A stretch of 47,029 nucleotides of DNA from an uncultured Actinomycetaceae bacterium (GCA_963537735.1 CAUTGT010000001.1:1-47029), one strand, 5' to 3'. Positions 7,905-16,480 are shown, counted from the stretch's first letter. Made by a program: numbers and translations. The notes: a model not told the origin generated them from the letters alone.

Positions 7905-9215
7905 ATGAACACCAACAGCACCACCAAGTACACGCTCGCGGGCCTCGGCCTCACGATGGGCCTTGCCGTCGCAGCGGCTGCGGCCCCTGCGCTCGCGGCC
8001 CCCACCGCGCCTGAGCCGATCAGCGCTCAGGTCACCAAGGCCACCAGCGCGTCCCGCCAGACCTCGAGTGAGGTCACCGTCGAGGGCACCTGGCAGACCC
8101 CGCACCTCACCCCCGGCTCGGTCCTCACCGTCGCCAGCATTGACGGCGGCTTCAACTGGCGGGCCAACTTCCCGTTCACGCTCGACGACGGCACCAAGAT
8201 CGGCGAGTGCGTCGCCGACCAGGCACAGCTCATCTGCACGGTGACGGACGTTCCCGAAGCATGGGCGGCAAAGGAAAACGTCACGGGTACGTTCCACGCC
8301 CGCGCAAGTCTCACCGACAAGGCTGTCGGCACCGAATCGACCCAGATCACCCTCAACGGTGAAACCGTCCGCACGCTCGTGTGGGGCGACAAGGACGGCT
8401 CGGGCGTCTGCACCACCGACTGCGACGGGCCAGCGCACTACGAGTACGCCAAGCCCGAGAACGTCAAGTACGGGTGGACAAACCGCGACGGCAGCGTCGG
8501 GTGGGGCATCCAGTGGAAGGTCGACGCCGGCGTCGAGTACACGATCACGGATGAGACCAACACTCTGCACACGGCGGTGAAGTGCTCGACCGGGCCGACC
8601 TGGGATCCGGCGACCACGTCGTGGACGGACGGCAAGCTCGACGACACCAAGCACACCCTCACGTTCACGCCCCCGACGGGTTCCCTCACCTGCGTGACCT
8701 ACCCTGACGCGACGCAGCCCACCGAGGGCGTCACGACGTACACGAACACGGCAACGATCAACGGCGCGGCCCTCGAGGCCACCGCGACGGTGAAGGCCGC
8801 CGGCGGTACCGACGGTGACGGCACCGTCAAGCCCGCCCCCACCCCGGAGCCGTCCACGGAGCCCACACCCGAGCCGACCCCCACCAACCCGGCCACCGAT
8901 CCGAAGCCCGAACCGTCCACACCTGCGACCCCGGCCCCGAAGCCCTCGGACGAGCCCCAGTCCACGCCGACCCCTGACCCCACGCCCGAGCCGCGCGTCA
9001 CCACCGAGCCGGTGCCCGTGCCCACGAACGCGACCCCGACGCCCGAACCGAAGGCCGACGCGCAGCCCGCCACGGCCCCGCAGGAGCGCCTCGCCAAGAC
9101 CGGCGCCACCCTCGACGGCATCACCGTTGCCCTCGCGTCCTTCCTGATCGGGGCAGCGCTCGCCACCGCCGGATACGTCATCAACCGCCGCTACCTGGGA
9201 GGCAACGGACGATGA
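7905..9215 (+). CDS. Phage-encoded sortase-anchored surface protein / adhesin
   Basis: Signal peptide (…AAAPALA), beta-rich domains with Cys pairs, Pro/Thr/Glu stalk, LAKTG + hydrophobic helix + RR tail. Confidence 0.85.
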   Translation: MNTNSTTKYTLAGLGLTMGLAVAAAAAPALAAPTAPEPISAQVTKATSASRQTSSEVTVEGTWQTPHLTPGSVLTVASIDGGFNWRANFPFTLDDGTKIGECVADQAQLICTVTDVPEAWAAKENVTGTFHARASLTDKAVGTESTQITLNGETVRTLVWGDKDGSGVCTTDCDGPAHYEYAKPENVKYGWTNRDGSVGWGIQWKVDAGVEYTITDETNTLHTAVKCSTGPTWDPATTSWTDGKLDDTKHTLTFTPPTGSLTCVTYPDATQPTEGVTTYTNTATINGAALEATATVKAAGGTDGDGTVKPAPTPEPSTEPTPEPTPTNPATDPKPEPSTPATPAPKPSDEPQSTPTPDPTPEPRVTTEPVPVPTNATPTPEPKADAQPATAPQERLAKTGATLDGITVALASFLIGAALATAGYVINRRYLGGNGR

Positions 9216-9496
9216 ACACCAACCAGGACCAGCTCATCCAGCTTGAACTCCCCCTCGACGAACTCGTGTGGCTGCGTGCCTTCCTAGACCAGGAAAGAAG
9301 CGCCGCCGATGTCGACCGCCAGGCCGCCGCGGACTTTCACACCATCCTGGCCCGCCGCGCCGCCGCGAAGGTTCTCATAAGCGAGCAGGAGACGATGACG
9401 AAGATCATCGACAAAATCTGCAAGCTGATCGACGCCCATGACAGGCGCGAAGCCCTCGCAAGGCAGATCGCCGCAATGACGCCTCCCGTCGCCTAA
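9212..9496 (+). CDS. Hypothetical helical phage protein
   Basis: ATGA overlap, RBS GGAGG. Confidence 0.65.
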   Translation: MNTNQDQLIQLELPLDELVWLRAFLDQERSAADVDRQAAADFHTILARRAAAKVLISEQETMTKIIDKICKLIDAHDRREALARQIAAMTPPVA

Positions 9497-9506
9497 CCCC
9501 GCCCGT

Positions 9507-9543
9507 GTGGGGGCCGCCCCGCTGGCAGCCCGGCGGCCCCCAC
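9507..9543. terminator. 12-bp GC hairpin without U tract (terminator or processing site)
   Basis: GTGGGGGCCGCC/GGCGGCCCCCAC in an intergenic gap. Confidence 0.5.
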
Positions 9544-9574
9544 CACCCTAATTAACCAAAGGACAAAAACCACC

Positions 9575-9790
9575 ATGCGATACGTACCCGCCTACACCAA
9601 GACCGCCGCGACGGTCTACCACCTGATCGCCGCCGCAGCCGCTACCTACGGCGTCCTCGCCATGCTCCTTGCGATCTACGACCGTAACCTGGCCGCCGGG
9701 CTCCTCGCCCTCATCCCCACCGCCGCCGGGATCGCCCTCGGTACCGCCCTCCTGGGCCGCGAAGAACAGCAGGGAGGCGAGGCAGCGTGA
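9575..9790 (+). CDS. Small two-TM membrane protein
   Basis: Two hydrophobic segments; AAAGGA RBS. Confidence 0.65.
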   Translation: MRYVPAYTKTAATVYHLIAAAAATYGVLAMLLAIYDRNLAAGLLALIPTAAGIALGTALLGREEQQGGEAA

Positions 9791-10125
9791 CCATTCAACC
9801 GTCGAACGTCCTGAACAAAGACACTGCCGGCCTTCACGTTCCCCTGTTTGAGCGCGTCGTCAGCGCCGAAGAGCGCCGCCAGATTCAAGCCGCGAACGGT
9901 CGAACCTTCCTTCTCGTCAACGACGCTCACGAAGCGCCGACCTGGACGCACCGCGAGCTGAACACAATGCGCACTTACACACACCGCCTGAACGAGCGCG
10001 GCGCGTACTGGTGCATCGACGCCAGGAAGGACAGCGACGGTCGCTACCTGGTGTGGGTCTCATGGAACCCCGACGAGGCGAAGCGCCGCCGAGCGGTGGT
10101 GCGACGCGGGAGGGGCCTCGAGTGA
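9787..10125 (+). CDS. Hypothetical phage protein
   Basis: Translationally coupled in the early operon. Confidence 0.6.
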   Translation: MTIQPSNVLNKDTAGLHVPLFERVVSAEERRQIQAANGRTFLLVNDAHEAPTWTHRELNTMRTYTHRLNERGAYWCIDARKDSDGRYLVWVSWNPDEAKRRRAVVRRGRGLE

Positions 10126-10247
10126 ACACCTGCAGGCGTTGCGGCGACGAACTGCCCCCCCCTCACAACGTCTGTGAGGACTGCGCGTACGACATGCAAA
10201 ACGAACTAGACGACTGGGGATTGTACCCCGTTGGCCTCTCCTACTGA
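10122..10247 (+). CDS. Small Zn-ribbon peptide (41 aa)
   Basis: CRRC...CEDC; GTG overlapping the upstream stop. Confidence 0.5.
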   Translation: MNTCRRCGDELPPPHNVCEDCAYDMQNELDDWGLYPVGLSY

Positions 10248-10261
10248 AAGGAACCAGGCTC

Positions 10262-11275
10262 ATGGCATCGACCGAAGTCACTAAGGCGTGCGGCAAGGCC
10301 GCCGCGAAACCCACCACCCCGGCCCCCGCGCCTGTGCAGGCCCCCGGCTTCTCCTACATCACCGCCGGCCTGCAGGAACGCGCCGACTACATTGCCCGCC
10401 TTGCCCCCTCGACGATCCTGCCCACCGCGTACAGGGGCAACGCTGCTAACGCGTTCGTCGCCGCCGAAACCGGCGCAGCCCTCGGCCTCGAACCCCTGCA
10501 GGCGCTCGCGTCTATCGCCGTCATCAACGGGCGCGCGACACTGTCCTCGGACCTCATGGCAGCGGTGATCCGCCGCGCAGGCCACACGCTCAGGATCGTT
10601 GAAAACAGCCCCGAGTCTGTGACCGCGACGCTGATCCGCGCCGACGACAAGACCTTCAAGTTCGAGGTCACCTGGGACAAAGAAAAGGCCGTCAAGGCCG
10701 GCCTATGGGGCCAGCGCGGCCCCTGGTCGCAGTACCCCACGCAGATGCTCAGGGCGCGCGCGATCACCGAGGTCGCCCGTCAAGGCGCGTCCGAAGCCCT
10801 CATGGGGATGATATATGCCCCCGAGGACTTCGGGGCGACCATCACGGACACGGGCGAAGTCATTGAAGCGGAGATCGTCGCCGAGACCCCCGCACCCGCC
10901 CAGCCCACGCAGGCGGCGAAGGCGAAGCCGGCTGCGAAGCCCGCGGCGGCCCCTTCCCAGCCCGCTCCGCTCGACAAGCCCCTCACGCCCGCGCAGGCAA
11001 GCGTCGCAAAGGGACTCGAAACCCTCAGCTTCACCCAGGACGCATACACGGCCTTGTGCAAGCGCTGCCTCGGCCAGATCGTCGCCGTCAACGCCCTGAA
11101 CGACGAACAGGCCGCCACCCTCCACGCCGAGCTGCTCGCAATCTATAACAGCATCCACGCGCAGCCCGCACCCGAACCGGCACCCGAGGCCGAGGCTGAG
11201 GTGGAGATCGTCGACGAGCAGGCCCCAATCTTCGATTACGGGGACGACACCGACCCGAACGGGGGCGCGGCGTGA
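10262..11275 (+). CDS. RecT-like ssDNA-annealing recombinase
   Basis: LPTAYRGNAAN...LGLEPLQALASIAVINGR...AGLWG...WSQYPTQMLRARAITEVAR; acidic tail. Confidence 0.75.
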   Translation: MASTEVTKACGKAAAKPTTPAPAPVQAPGFSYITAGLQERADYIARLAPSTILPTAYRGNAANAFVAAETGAALGLEPLQALASIAVINGRATLSSDLMAAVIRRAGHTLRIVENSPESVTATLIRADDKTFKFEVTWDKEKAVKAGLWGQRGPWSQYPTQMLRARAITEVARQGASEALMGMIYAPEDFGATITDTGEVIEAEIVAETPAPAQPTQAAKAKPAAKPAAAPSQPAPLDKPLTPAQASVAKGLETLSFTQDAYTALCKRCLGQIVAVNALNDEQAATLHAELLAIYNSIHAQPAPEPAPEAEAEVEIVDEQAPIFDYGDDTDPNGGAA

Positions 11276-12534
11276 ACGGCATCGACCTGTACGACGGTAT
11301 CACCCTGCATCAGGGGGATTGCAGGGACATCATGCGCACGTATCCCGACCAGCATTTCGACGCCGTCATCACCGACCCGCCCTACGGGATCAGTTTCAGG
11401 GGCGAGAAGTGGGACACCGCCACACCGACCGGTTTTCAGTCTTGGGCGCAGTCGTGGGGTGAGGAGGCGCTGCGCGTCATCAAGCCCGGCGGCTATCTAC
11501 TCGCTTTCTCAGCGCCGCGCACCTACCACCGGCTCACGAGCGGCCTCGAGGACGCCGGATTCGAGGTCCGCGACACCATGGCATGGATACGCGCCGACGG
11601 CAAGCCGGCTGGGACAGACATCGCCGCATCGATTGACCGCGGCGCGCTGCAGACCCGCGAAACGCTCCTGCGCTTCACATCGTGGCTCCGATCGACCGGG
11701 ATCACAGGCAAGCAGATCAACAAAGCGACCAACTCATTCATGGGGTCGCATTACCTGACGCAAGCCAAGCAACCGGCAATCCCAACACGCGCGCACTGGG
11801 ATTCACTTCTCCCGTTACTCGAGGGAGTTGCGATCCCCGAATGGGTCACCAAGTTAGTCGACGACACGCACACGTCGAACGTGCTCGGCGCCCGCGAAGG
11901 ACGCGAGGTGAGCGCCATCGACACGTCTGGAACGGCAACCGGCATGGCCTCGCGAAACGTGAAAAGCGCAGGCGAACCTATCCGCGACGAGGCGAAGGAA
12001 TGGGCCGGGTGGGGGCTTGGCCTTAAACCGGCCTGGGAGCCGATCGTCGTCGCACGTCGACCTGTAGACGGCGACTCCACGACTGCAAACGTCGTCAAAC
12101 ACGGCGTCGGCGCTCTCAACATCCAGAAGGCAAGCGAGCAGATTGACGGCTTGTATCCGCCGAACCTGCTCATGGGCGAGCAGGCCATGGCCGCCGCTGT
12201 GGAGCAGGGCGCGCCCGACCACGTGTGGCCCGTGTTCCGGTACCAGCCGAAGGCGCCAACGTCCGAGCGCCCGAAGGTGGGGGAGATACAACACGTCACC
12301 GTGAAGCCTCTCGAGCTCATGAGGTACCTGATCCGACTGGTTGTGCGGCCCGGTTCCCTGATCCTCGAACCGTTCGCCGGGTCGGGCACCACCCTGCAGG
12401 CGGCGGCCATGGAGAACACGCGGGCGGTCGGCTGCGAACTCGACGACAGGTACATCCCGCTCATCAAAGCCCGGTTCGCGCAGGGCATCGAAGCGCCCCT
12501 CGACCTGTTCGGCCTGGCCGGTGACGCAGCATGA
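11272..12534 (+). CDS. DNA amino-methyltransferase (N6-A/N4-C, beta-type motif order)
   Basis: Catalytic TDPPY near the N-terminus; HVTVKP; SAM-binding LEPFAGSGTT near the C-terminus. Confidence 0.9.
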   Translation: MNGIDLYDGITLHQGDCRDIMRTYPDQHFDAVITDPPYGISFRGEKWDTATPTGFQSWAQSWGEEALRVIKPGGYLLAFSAPRTYHRLTSGLEDAGFEVRDTMAWIRADGKPAGTDIAASIDRGALQTRETLLRFTSWLRSTGITGKQINKATNSFMGSHYLTQAKQPAIPTRAHWDSLLPLLEGVAIPEWVTKLVDDTHTSNVLGAREGREVSAIDTSGTATGMASRNVKSAGEPIRDEAKEWAGWGLGLKPAWEPIVVARRPVDGDSTTANVVKHGVGALNIQKASEQIDGLYPPNLLMGEQAMAAAVEQGAPDHVWPVFRYQPKAPTSERPKVGEIQHVTVKPLELMRYLIRLVVRPGSLILEPFAGSGTTLQAAAMENTRAVGCELDDRYIPLIKARFAQGIEAPLDLFGLAGDAA

Positions 12535-13646
12535 CGACCATCGGATCGTTGTTCACCGGCTACGGGGGCCTCGACATGGGCGTAGCCATGGCCCTAGACC
12601 CCAACTCGCGGGTCGCGTGGACCAGCGACGTTGAACCCGGCCCCTGCCGGCTCGCCGAGGTCCGCTGGCCCGACACCCCCAACCTCGGCGACATCACAAC
12701 GATCGACTGGGCAGACGTGGAGCCCGTCGACATCATTTGCGGCGGCTCACCCTGCCAGGATCTAAGCCTCGCAGGCAAACGCGCAGGCATGCGCGCTGGC
12801 ACCCGCTCGGGCCTGTGGGAATCCATGGCCGCCGCCGTCGAAACCATCAGACCCCGCCTCGTCGTGTGGGAAAACGTGTTAGGAGCACTCAGTGCCAGAG
12901 CCTATAGCCCGGTGGAATCCGAGCCGGGAATGCTGGGAACGGGAGCAAATGAACCTGCTCTCAGGGCAGCCGGACGTGTGGTCGGAGACCTGGCCGGCCT
13001 CGGGTATGACTGTCGCTGGGCAGTTGTACGAGCTTCCGACGCAGTCGCCCCTCACCAGCGCGCCCGATTCTTCCTTATTGGCTACCCCGACGGCCAACCT
13101 TGGCAGTTGCGGCGGCCCGCAACACCCCGACAAGCGCCGAGCCGGCGGCCACAGCGTGAGCCTGCAAGACCAGGTCTCGGCACTCTAATGCCAACGCCGA
13201 CCGCGTCAGACCACAAAGCCGGGCGCCACCAGGCGGGGACGGGAATGAGCCTGTCCCAGGCGGTGCAACTCCTGCCCACCCCGCAGGCGACGAACGCGAA
13301 GGCCTTCTCGGCCGGCTACGGCGCAAACCTTCACGAGGTGGCAAGAGGGATGAAGCCCGGCATCTTCGGCGTCTATGGGCAAGCGATTGCCAGGTGGGAG
13401 CAGGTGCTCGGACGTGAGGCTCCAGCTCCTACTGTCCCACCGACACGCGAGGGGGGGCGAGCGCGGCTCTCGACTCGGTTCGTCGAATGGATGATGGGCC
13501 TACCAGACGGACACGTCACCGGCCCAGACCTCAACCTCAGCCGAGAACGCCAACTCAGACTGCTCGGCAACGGCGTAGTGCCACAGCAAGCCGCGCTCGC
13601 GGTCGGGACGCTCATCCGAGCGGCGCGGACGGAGGAACGCTCATGA
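12531..13646 (+). CDS. DNA cytosine-5 methyltransferase
   Basis: Motif I SLFTGYGG, IV GSPCQDLS, VI WENV, VIII HQRARFFLIG, IX FVEWMMGLP, X GNGVVP. Confidence 0.9.
   Translation: MTTIGSLFTGYGGLDMGVAMALDPNSRVAWTSDVEPGPCRLAEVRWPDTPNLGDITTIDWADVEPVDIICGGSPCQDLSLAGKRAGMRAGTRSGLWESMAAAVETIRPRLVVWENVLGALSARAYSPVESEPGMLGTGANEPALRAAGRVVGDLAGLGYDCRWAVVRASDAVAPHQRARFFLIGYPDGQPWQLRRPATPRQAPSRRPQREPARPGLGTLMPTPTASDHKAGRHQAGTGMSLSQAVQLLPTPQATNAKAFSAGYGANLHEVARGMKPGIFGVYGQAIARWEQVLGREAPAPTVPPTREGGRARLSTRFVEWMMGLPDGHVTGPDLNLSRERQLRLLGNGVVPQQAALAVGTLIRAARTEERS
12892..13188 (+). CDS. Alternate-frame ORF inside the C5 MTase gene (possible second subunit or remnant)
   Basis: GTG start after AGGAG; ends in an LLATPTA...SLQDQV module similar to the LMPTPTA...SLSQAV modules in the main frame. 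Confidence 0.5.
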   Translation: MPEPIARWNPSRECWEREQMNLLSGQPDVWSETWPASGMTVAGQLYELPTQSPLTSAPDSSLLATPTANLGSCGGPQHPDKRRAGGHSVSLQDQVSAL

Positions 13647-14068
13647 GGGTGCCGATCCGTGTGCAACGCCAGCGGACACGCGGCTGGCGCATGCCCGCGC
13701 ACACCAAGTACGTGGGCAGGGGAAGCCTGTACGGGAACCCCTACCGAGTCGCCCGAACCCGGCGAGAGCTCGACGCTGGCGATCCCATGGTTGTCGCCAC
13801 GCCCGAGGAGGCAGTCGAGCGGTTCCGTGAGTGGATCGCGACAACGAGGGAGGGGCACCACGTAGGGGACTCGGCACGTCGCATCCTCTGGGGTCTTGAC
13901 CTCGCGTGCTGGTGTCCACCGGGCCAGCCATGCCACGCCGACGTGCTCCTCGAGATCGCGAACCCGCGCGGCCTGGCCGAATACGCAAACCCCTACTACC
14001 GGACGTGGGACAGGCCCCCACGCAAGAACCACTTCTCACAGACGAGGAAACAGCATGACGACATTTGA
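13643..14068 (+). CDS. DUF4326-like protein
   Basis: YVGRGSLYGNPY...DLACWCPPGQPCHADVL. Confidence 0.8.
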   Translation: MRVPIRVQRQRTRGWRMPAHTKYVGRGSLYGNPYRVARTRRELDAGDPMVVATPEEAVERFREWIATTREGHHVGDSARRILWGLDLACWCPPGQPCHADVLLEIANPRGLAEYANPYYRTWDRPPRKNHFSQTRKQHDDI

Positions 14069-14363
14069 CCCGCTCGCCGGTCTTGACGGCGTTCGCACGT
14101 ATCAGGAGCGCGTGATGGTGCGCGCGGTACGCCTCACCCCCGCCAACGCGGCTACGGTCGCGAAGATCGCCCGCAAGACCATCACCACCGACAGTGAGGG
14201 CACGATCTTCCTGGTCGGCCCCGGCACCGCCGTGTGGGCCATGGAGGGCGACATGATCGTCGCCACGCCGGGCCGCGTGCGTGTCTCGAACCGTACGGCG
14301 ACGGACTTCCGCGCCTGGTACTCGCACGCAGGCGCACCGATCAGCGAGGAGGACCTCTCATGA
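14055..14363 (+). CDS. Hypothetical phage protein
   Basis: RBS GAGGA; VRAVRLT...EGDMIV...FRAWY pattern. Confidence 0.65.
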   Translation: MTTFDPLAGLDGVRTYQERVMVRAVRLTPANAATVAKIARKTITTDSEGTIFLVGPGTAVWAMEGDMIVATPGRVRVSNRTATDFRAWYSHAGAPISEEDLS

Positions 14364-15217
14364 CCACCGAACTGACCATCGGTGCTATTAACCCCGGCTA
14401 TGGTGGCCTCCCTATCGGTGTGGCAGCCGCCCTGGGCGGTGCAACCCTCCAGTGGCACGCCCACCCAGGCCTAGGCATTGACTGGCCCGGTCGCACTGTT
14501 ATGCACTATCACCACCCACGAGCCGCCGCCTACACCGAAATTAGTACGCATCCACCGATGGTGGACGTGCTCACCATCAACCGGCTTGCGACCTGGCAGA
14601 CCGTGGGCGTGCCGCTGATCGACGCAGGCTACAAGCCCCCGCTCGTCATCGTTGAGGTGCAACTCCCCAACGACGAAGCCGTGCCAGTCTGCGACTATCT
14701 CGCCAGCCACGGATACCGCACGGAATGGCCTTGCCTGTGCTCGAACGCGGTCGGCGCACCCCACCGCCGCCTCCGTACGTACGCAATCGGTGTCCGTAAC
14801 GACATCGACGTGCCCACGGTGAACCCGGCGTACCTGGAAGCCGACCCGTGGACCGGCGACCTATGGGCCAGCCCGAGCGCGTACTGCACCCACCTAGACA
14901 GCGAGGCATACAGATGGGCGCAGGATGACATGGAAGGCCACGCCGACAAAGCCCTCACGCGCGCCCTCGAGCACTGGGAGAAGGTCACGGGCGAACGCTG
15001 CCCATATCCCCTGTACTCGCTGCCCACCACCACCGACGCGGGGCACCTATCTATCGGCTTCGTGGAATGGATGATGGGACTACCCATCGGCTACGTGTCA
15101 ACGCCGAGCCTGCATCTCTCACACGACCAGCGCATGGACCTCCTCTACTCGGGGACCGTGCCCCTGCAGGCCGCGCACGCCGTCGCCGTCGGCCTCAAGC
15201 AGATGGGCGAGCCATGA
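14360..15217 (+). CDS. Degenerate C5-methyltransferase paralog lacking the catalytic Pro-Cys motif
   Basis: Colinear with 12531-13646 (GYGG, GAPHRRLR, FVEWMMGLP, GTVPLQAA), but motif IV is absent and ENV is replaced by EVQ; RBS GAGGAGG. Confidence 0.75.
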   Translation: MTTELTIGAINPGYGGLPIGVAAALGGATLQWHAHPGLGIDWPGRTVMHYHHPRAAAYTEISTHPPMVDVLTINRLATWQTVGVPLIDAGYKPPLVIVEVQLPNDEAVPVCDYLASHGYRTEWPCLCSNAVGAPHRRLRTYAIGVRNDIDVPTVNPAYLEADPWTGDLWASPSAYCTHLDSEAYRWAQDDMEGHADKALTRALEHWEKVTGERCPYPLYSLPTTTDAGHLSIGFVEWMMGLPIGYVSTPSLHLSHDQRMDLLYSGTVPLQAAHAVAVGLKQMGEP

Positions 15218-15597
15218 TCCGCATAGCGCTCACCCTGCACCCCGCCGTGTGGCTCACCGCCAACCAGCGCCTCCACTGGTCAACCAGGATGCTGCGCACG
15301 CGTATGCTGCGCGCCCTCGCAGCCAGCGAAGCCCGCATCACCGGAGCAGCAGGCAAACGGCTAGGCGCGTCCACGGTCACCGCCGTAATCGGCTACCCGA
15401 CATCCACCCGCGCCGACCCGGCCAACGCCGCACCCACCGTGAAAGCAATCATCGACGGCCTCGTCGACGCCCGCGTCTGGGACGACGACGACCACACCCA
15501 CATCCCCAGCGTCGCATTTGAGCGCGACCCACAGAAAGCCCCCAAGGGCACCCATACGGTGACCCTCATAATTCAGGAACAGGAGACCAGCAAATGA
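15214..15597 (+). CDS. RusA-like Holliday junction resolvase
   Basis: WLTANQRLHW...RADPANAAPTVKAIIDGLVDARVWDDDD. Confidence 0.7.
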   Translation: MIRIALTLHPAVWLTANQRLHWSTRMLRTRMLRALAASEARITGAAGKRLGASTVTAVIGYPTSTRADPANAAPTVKAIIDGLVDARVWDDDDHTHIPSVAFERDPQKAPKGTHTVTLIIQEQETSK

Positions 15598-15794
15598 AGC
15601 ACTACACCCGAGGCCAATTCACGATCTCGTTCACCACCGAAGACGGCGTCGCAGCCGCCGCCTTGACCGCCATCCTCTCCCAACTCAAACCCGGCGCCGT
15701 CATCGACGACGCAGGCGTGGACGTCAACGGACCATTCACAGGTACCCGCCGCCTCATCCTCAACTACCGCGAACCAGCCGAGAAGGAGGCCTGA
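15594..15794 (+). CDS. Small protein, tandem paralog 1 of 4
   Basis: ATGA overlap; strand-helix-strand-strand pattern shared with the next three ORFs. Confidence 0.65.
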   Translation: MKHYTRGQFTISFTTEDGVAAAALTAILSQLKPGAVIDDAGVDVNGPFTGTRRLILNYREPAEKEA

Positions 15795-15796
15795 CC

Positions 15797-16081
15797 ATGG
15801 CCACCCAACCTAAACCACAGATCACAAAGCAGACCCGCACCGTCACGATCTCCTGGCGCCCCGGCGACGACATCAAAGTCCACGACCTCGCCGCCGCCCT
15901 ACGAAAAATACAGCCCGAGGCAATCCTCGAACGCCTCACCGTAGAAACCGCCGCCGGCACCCCGTTCATACGCTTACGCGTCGAATACATCGCCGACCTC
16001 GCCGCCGAAGAAAGCCGAATCATCGAACGGTACCGCAACCGTGACCCGCTAGACCCCCTCTACCCAATGCGCAGCTTCTAG
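15797..16081 (+). CDS. Small protein, tandem paralog 2 of 4
   Basis: RBS AAGGAGG; TISW...DLAAALRKIQPEAIL...LRVEY. Confidence 0.65.
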   Translation: MATQPKPQITKQTRTVTISWRPGDDIKVHDLAAALRKIQPEAILERLTVETAAGTPFIRLRVEYIADLAAEESRIIERYRNRDPLDPLYPMRSF

Positions 16082-16092
16082 GAGGACAAGCA

Positions 16093-16296
16093 ATGCCCAG
16101 GAAGATCGACCACAAGCGCATCAGCTTTAACGCCGCGTTCGGCATCAGTCCCGACCAGCTCGCCCGCGAAATCAACGCCCTGCCCCTCACGGCCCGCATC
16201 CTCACCATCGACGCCGTATCACGCGGATACAGCACGTGTGTTGACGTCACCTACTACACGCAGCCCGAGAGGAAGCCGAGGCCCGCAAATGCTTGA
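16093..16296 (+). CDS. Small protein, tandem paralog 3 of 4
   Basis: RBS AGGAGG; RISF...QLAREINALPLTARI...VDVTY. Confidence 0.65.
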   Translation: MPRKIDHKRISFNAAFGISPDQLAREINALPLTARILTIDAVSRGYSTCVDVTYYTQPERKPRPANA

Positions 16297-16480
16297 CGCC
16301 CGCCGCACTGAGCTACTCACAATCCGCATCGAACATGGGACGCGGGTCAACCCCACTGACCTCATCGAAGCGCTACAGACCATCCCCGCCGGGTGGGTGA
16401 TCGCAGACATCAGCGGATTTGCCCTCGCCGACTACCAGCAAATAGAGATCCGCATAGAGCCAGACGAAAGGACAAGCTAA
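16289..16480 (+). CDS. Small protein, tandem paralog 4 of 4
   Basis: TIRI...DLIEALQTIPAGWVI...IEIRI; TAATG coupling to the next gene. Confidence 0.6.
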   Translation: MLDARRTELLTIRIEHGTRVNPTDLIEALQTIPAGWVIADISGFALADYQQIEIRIEPDERTS

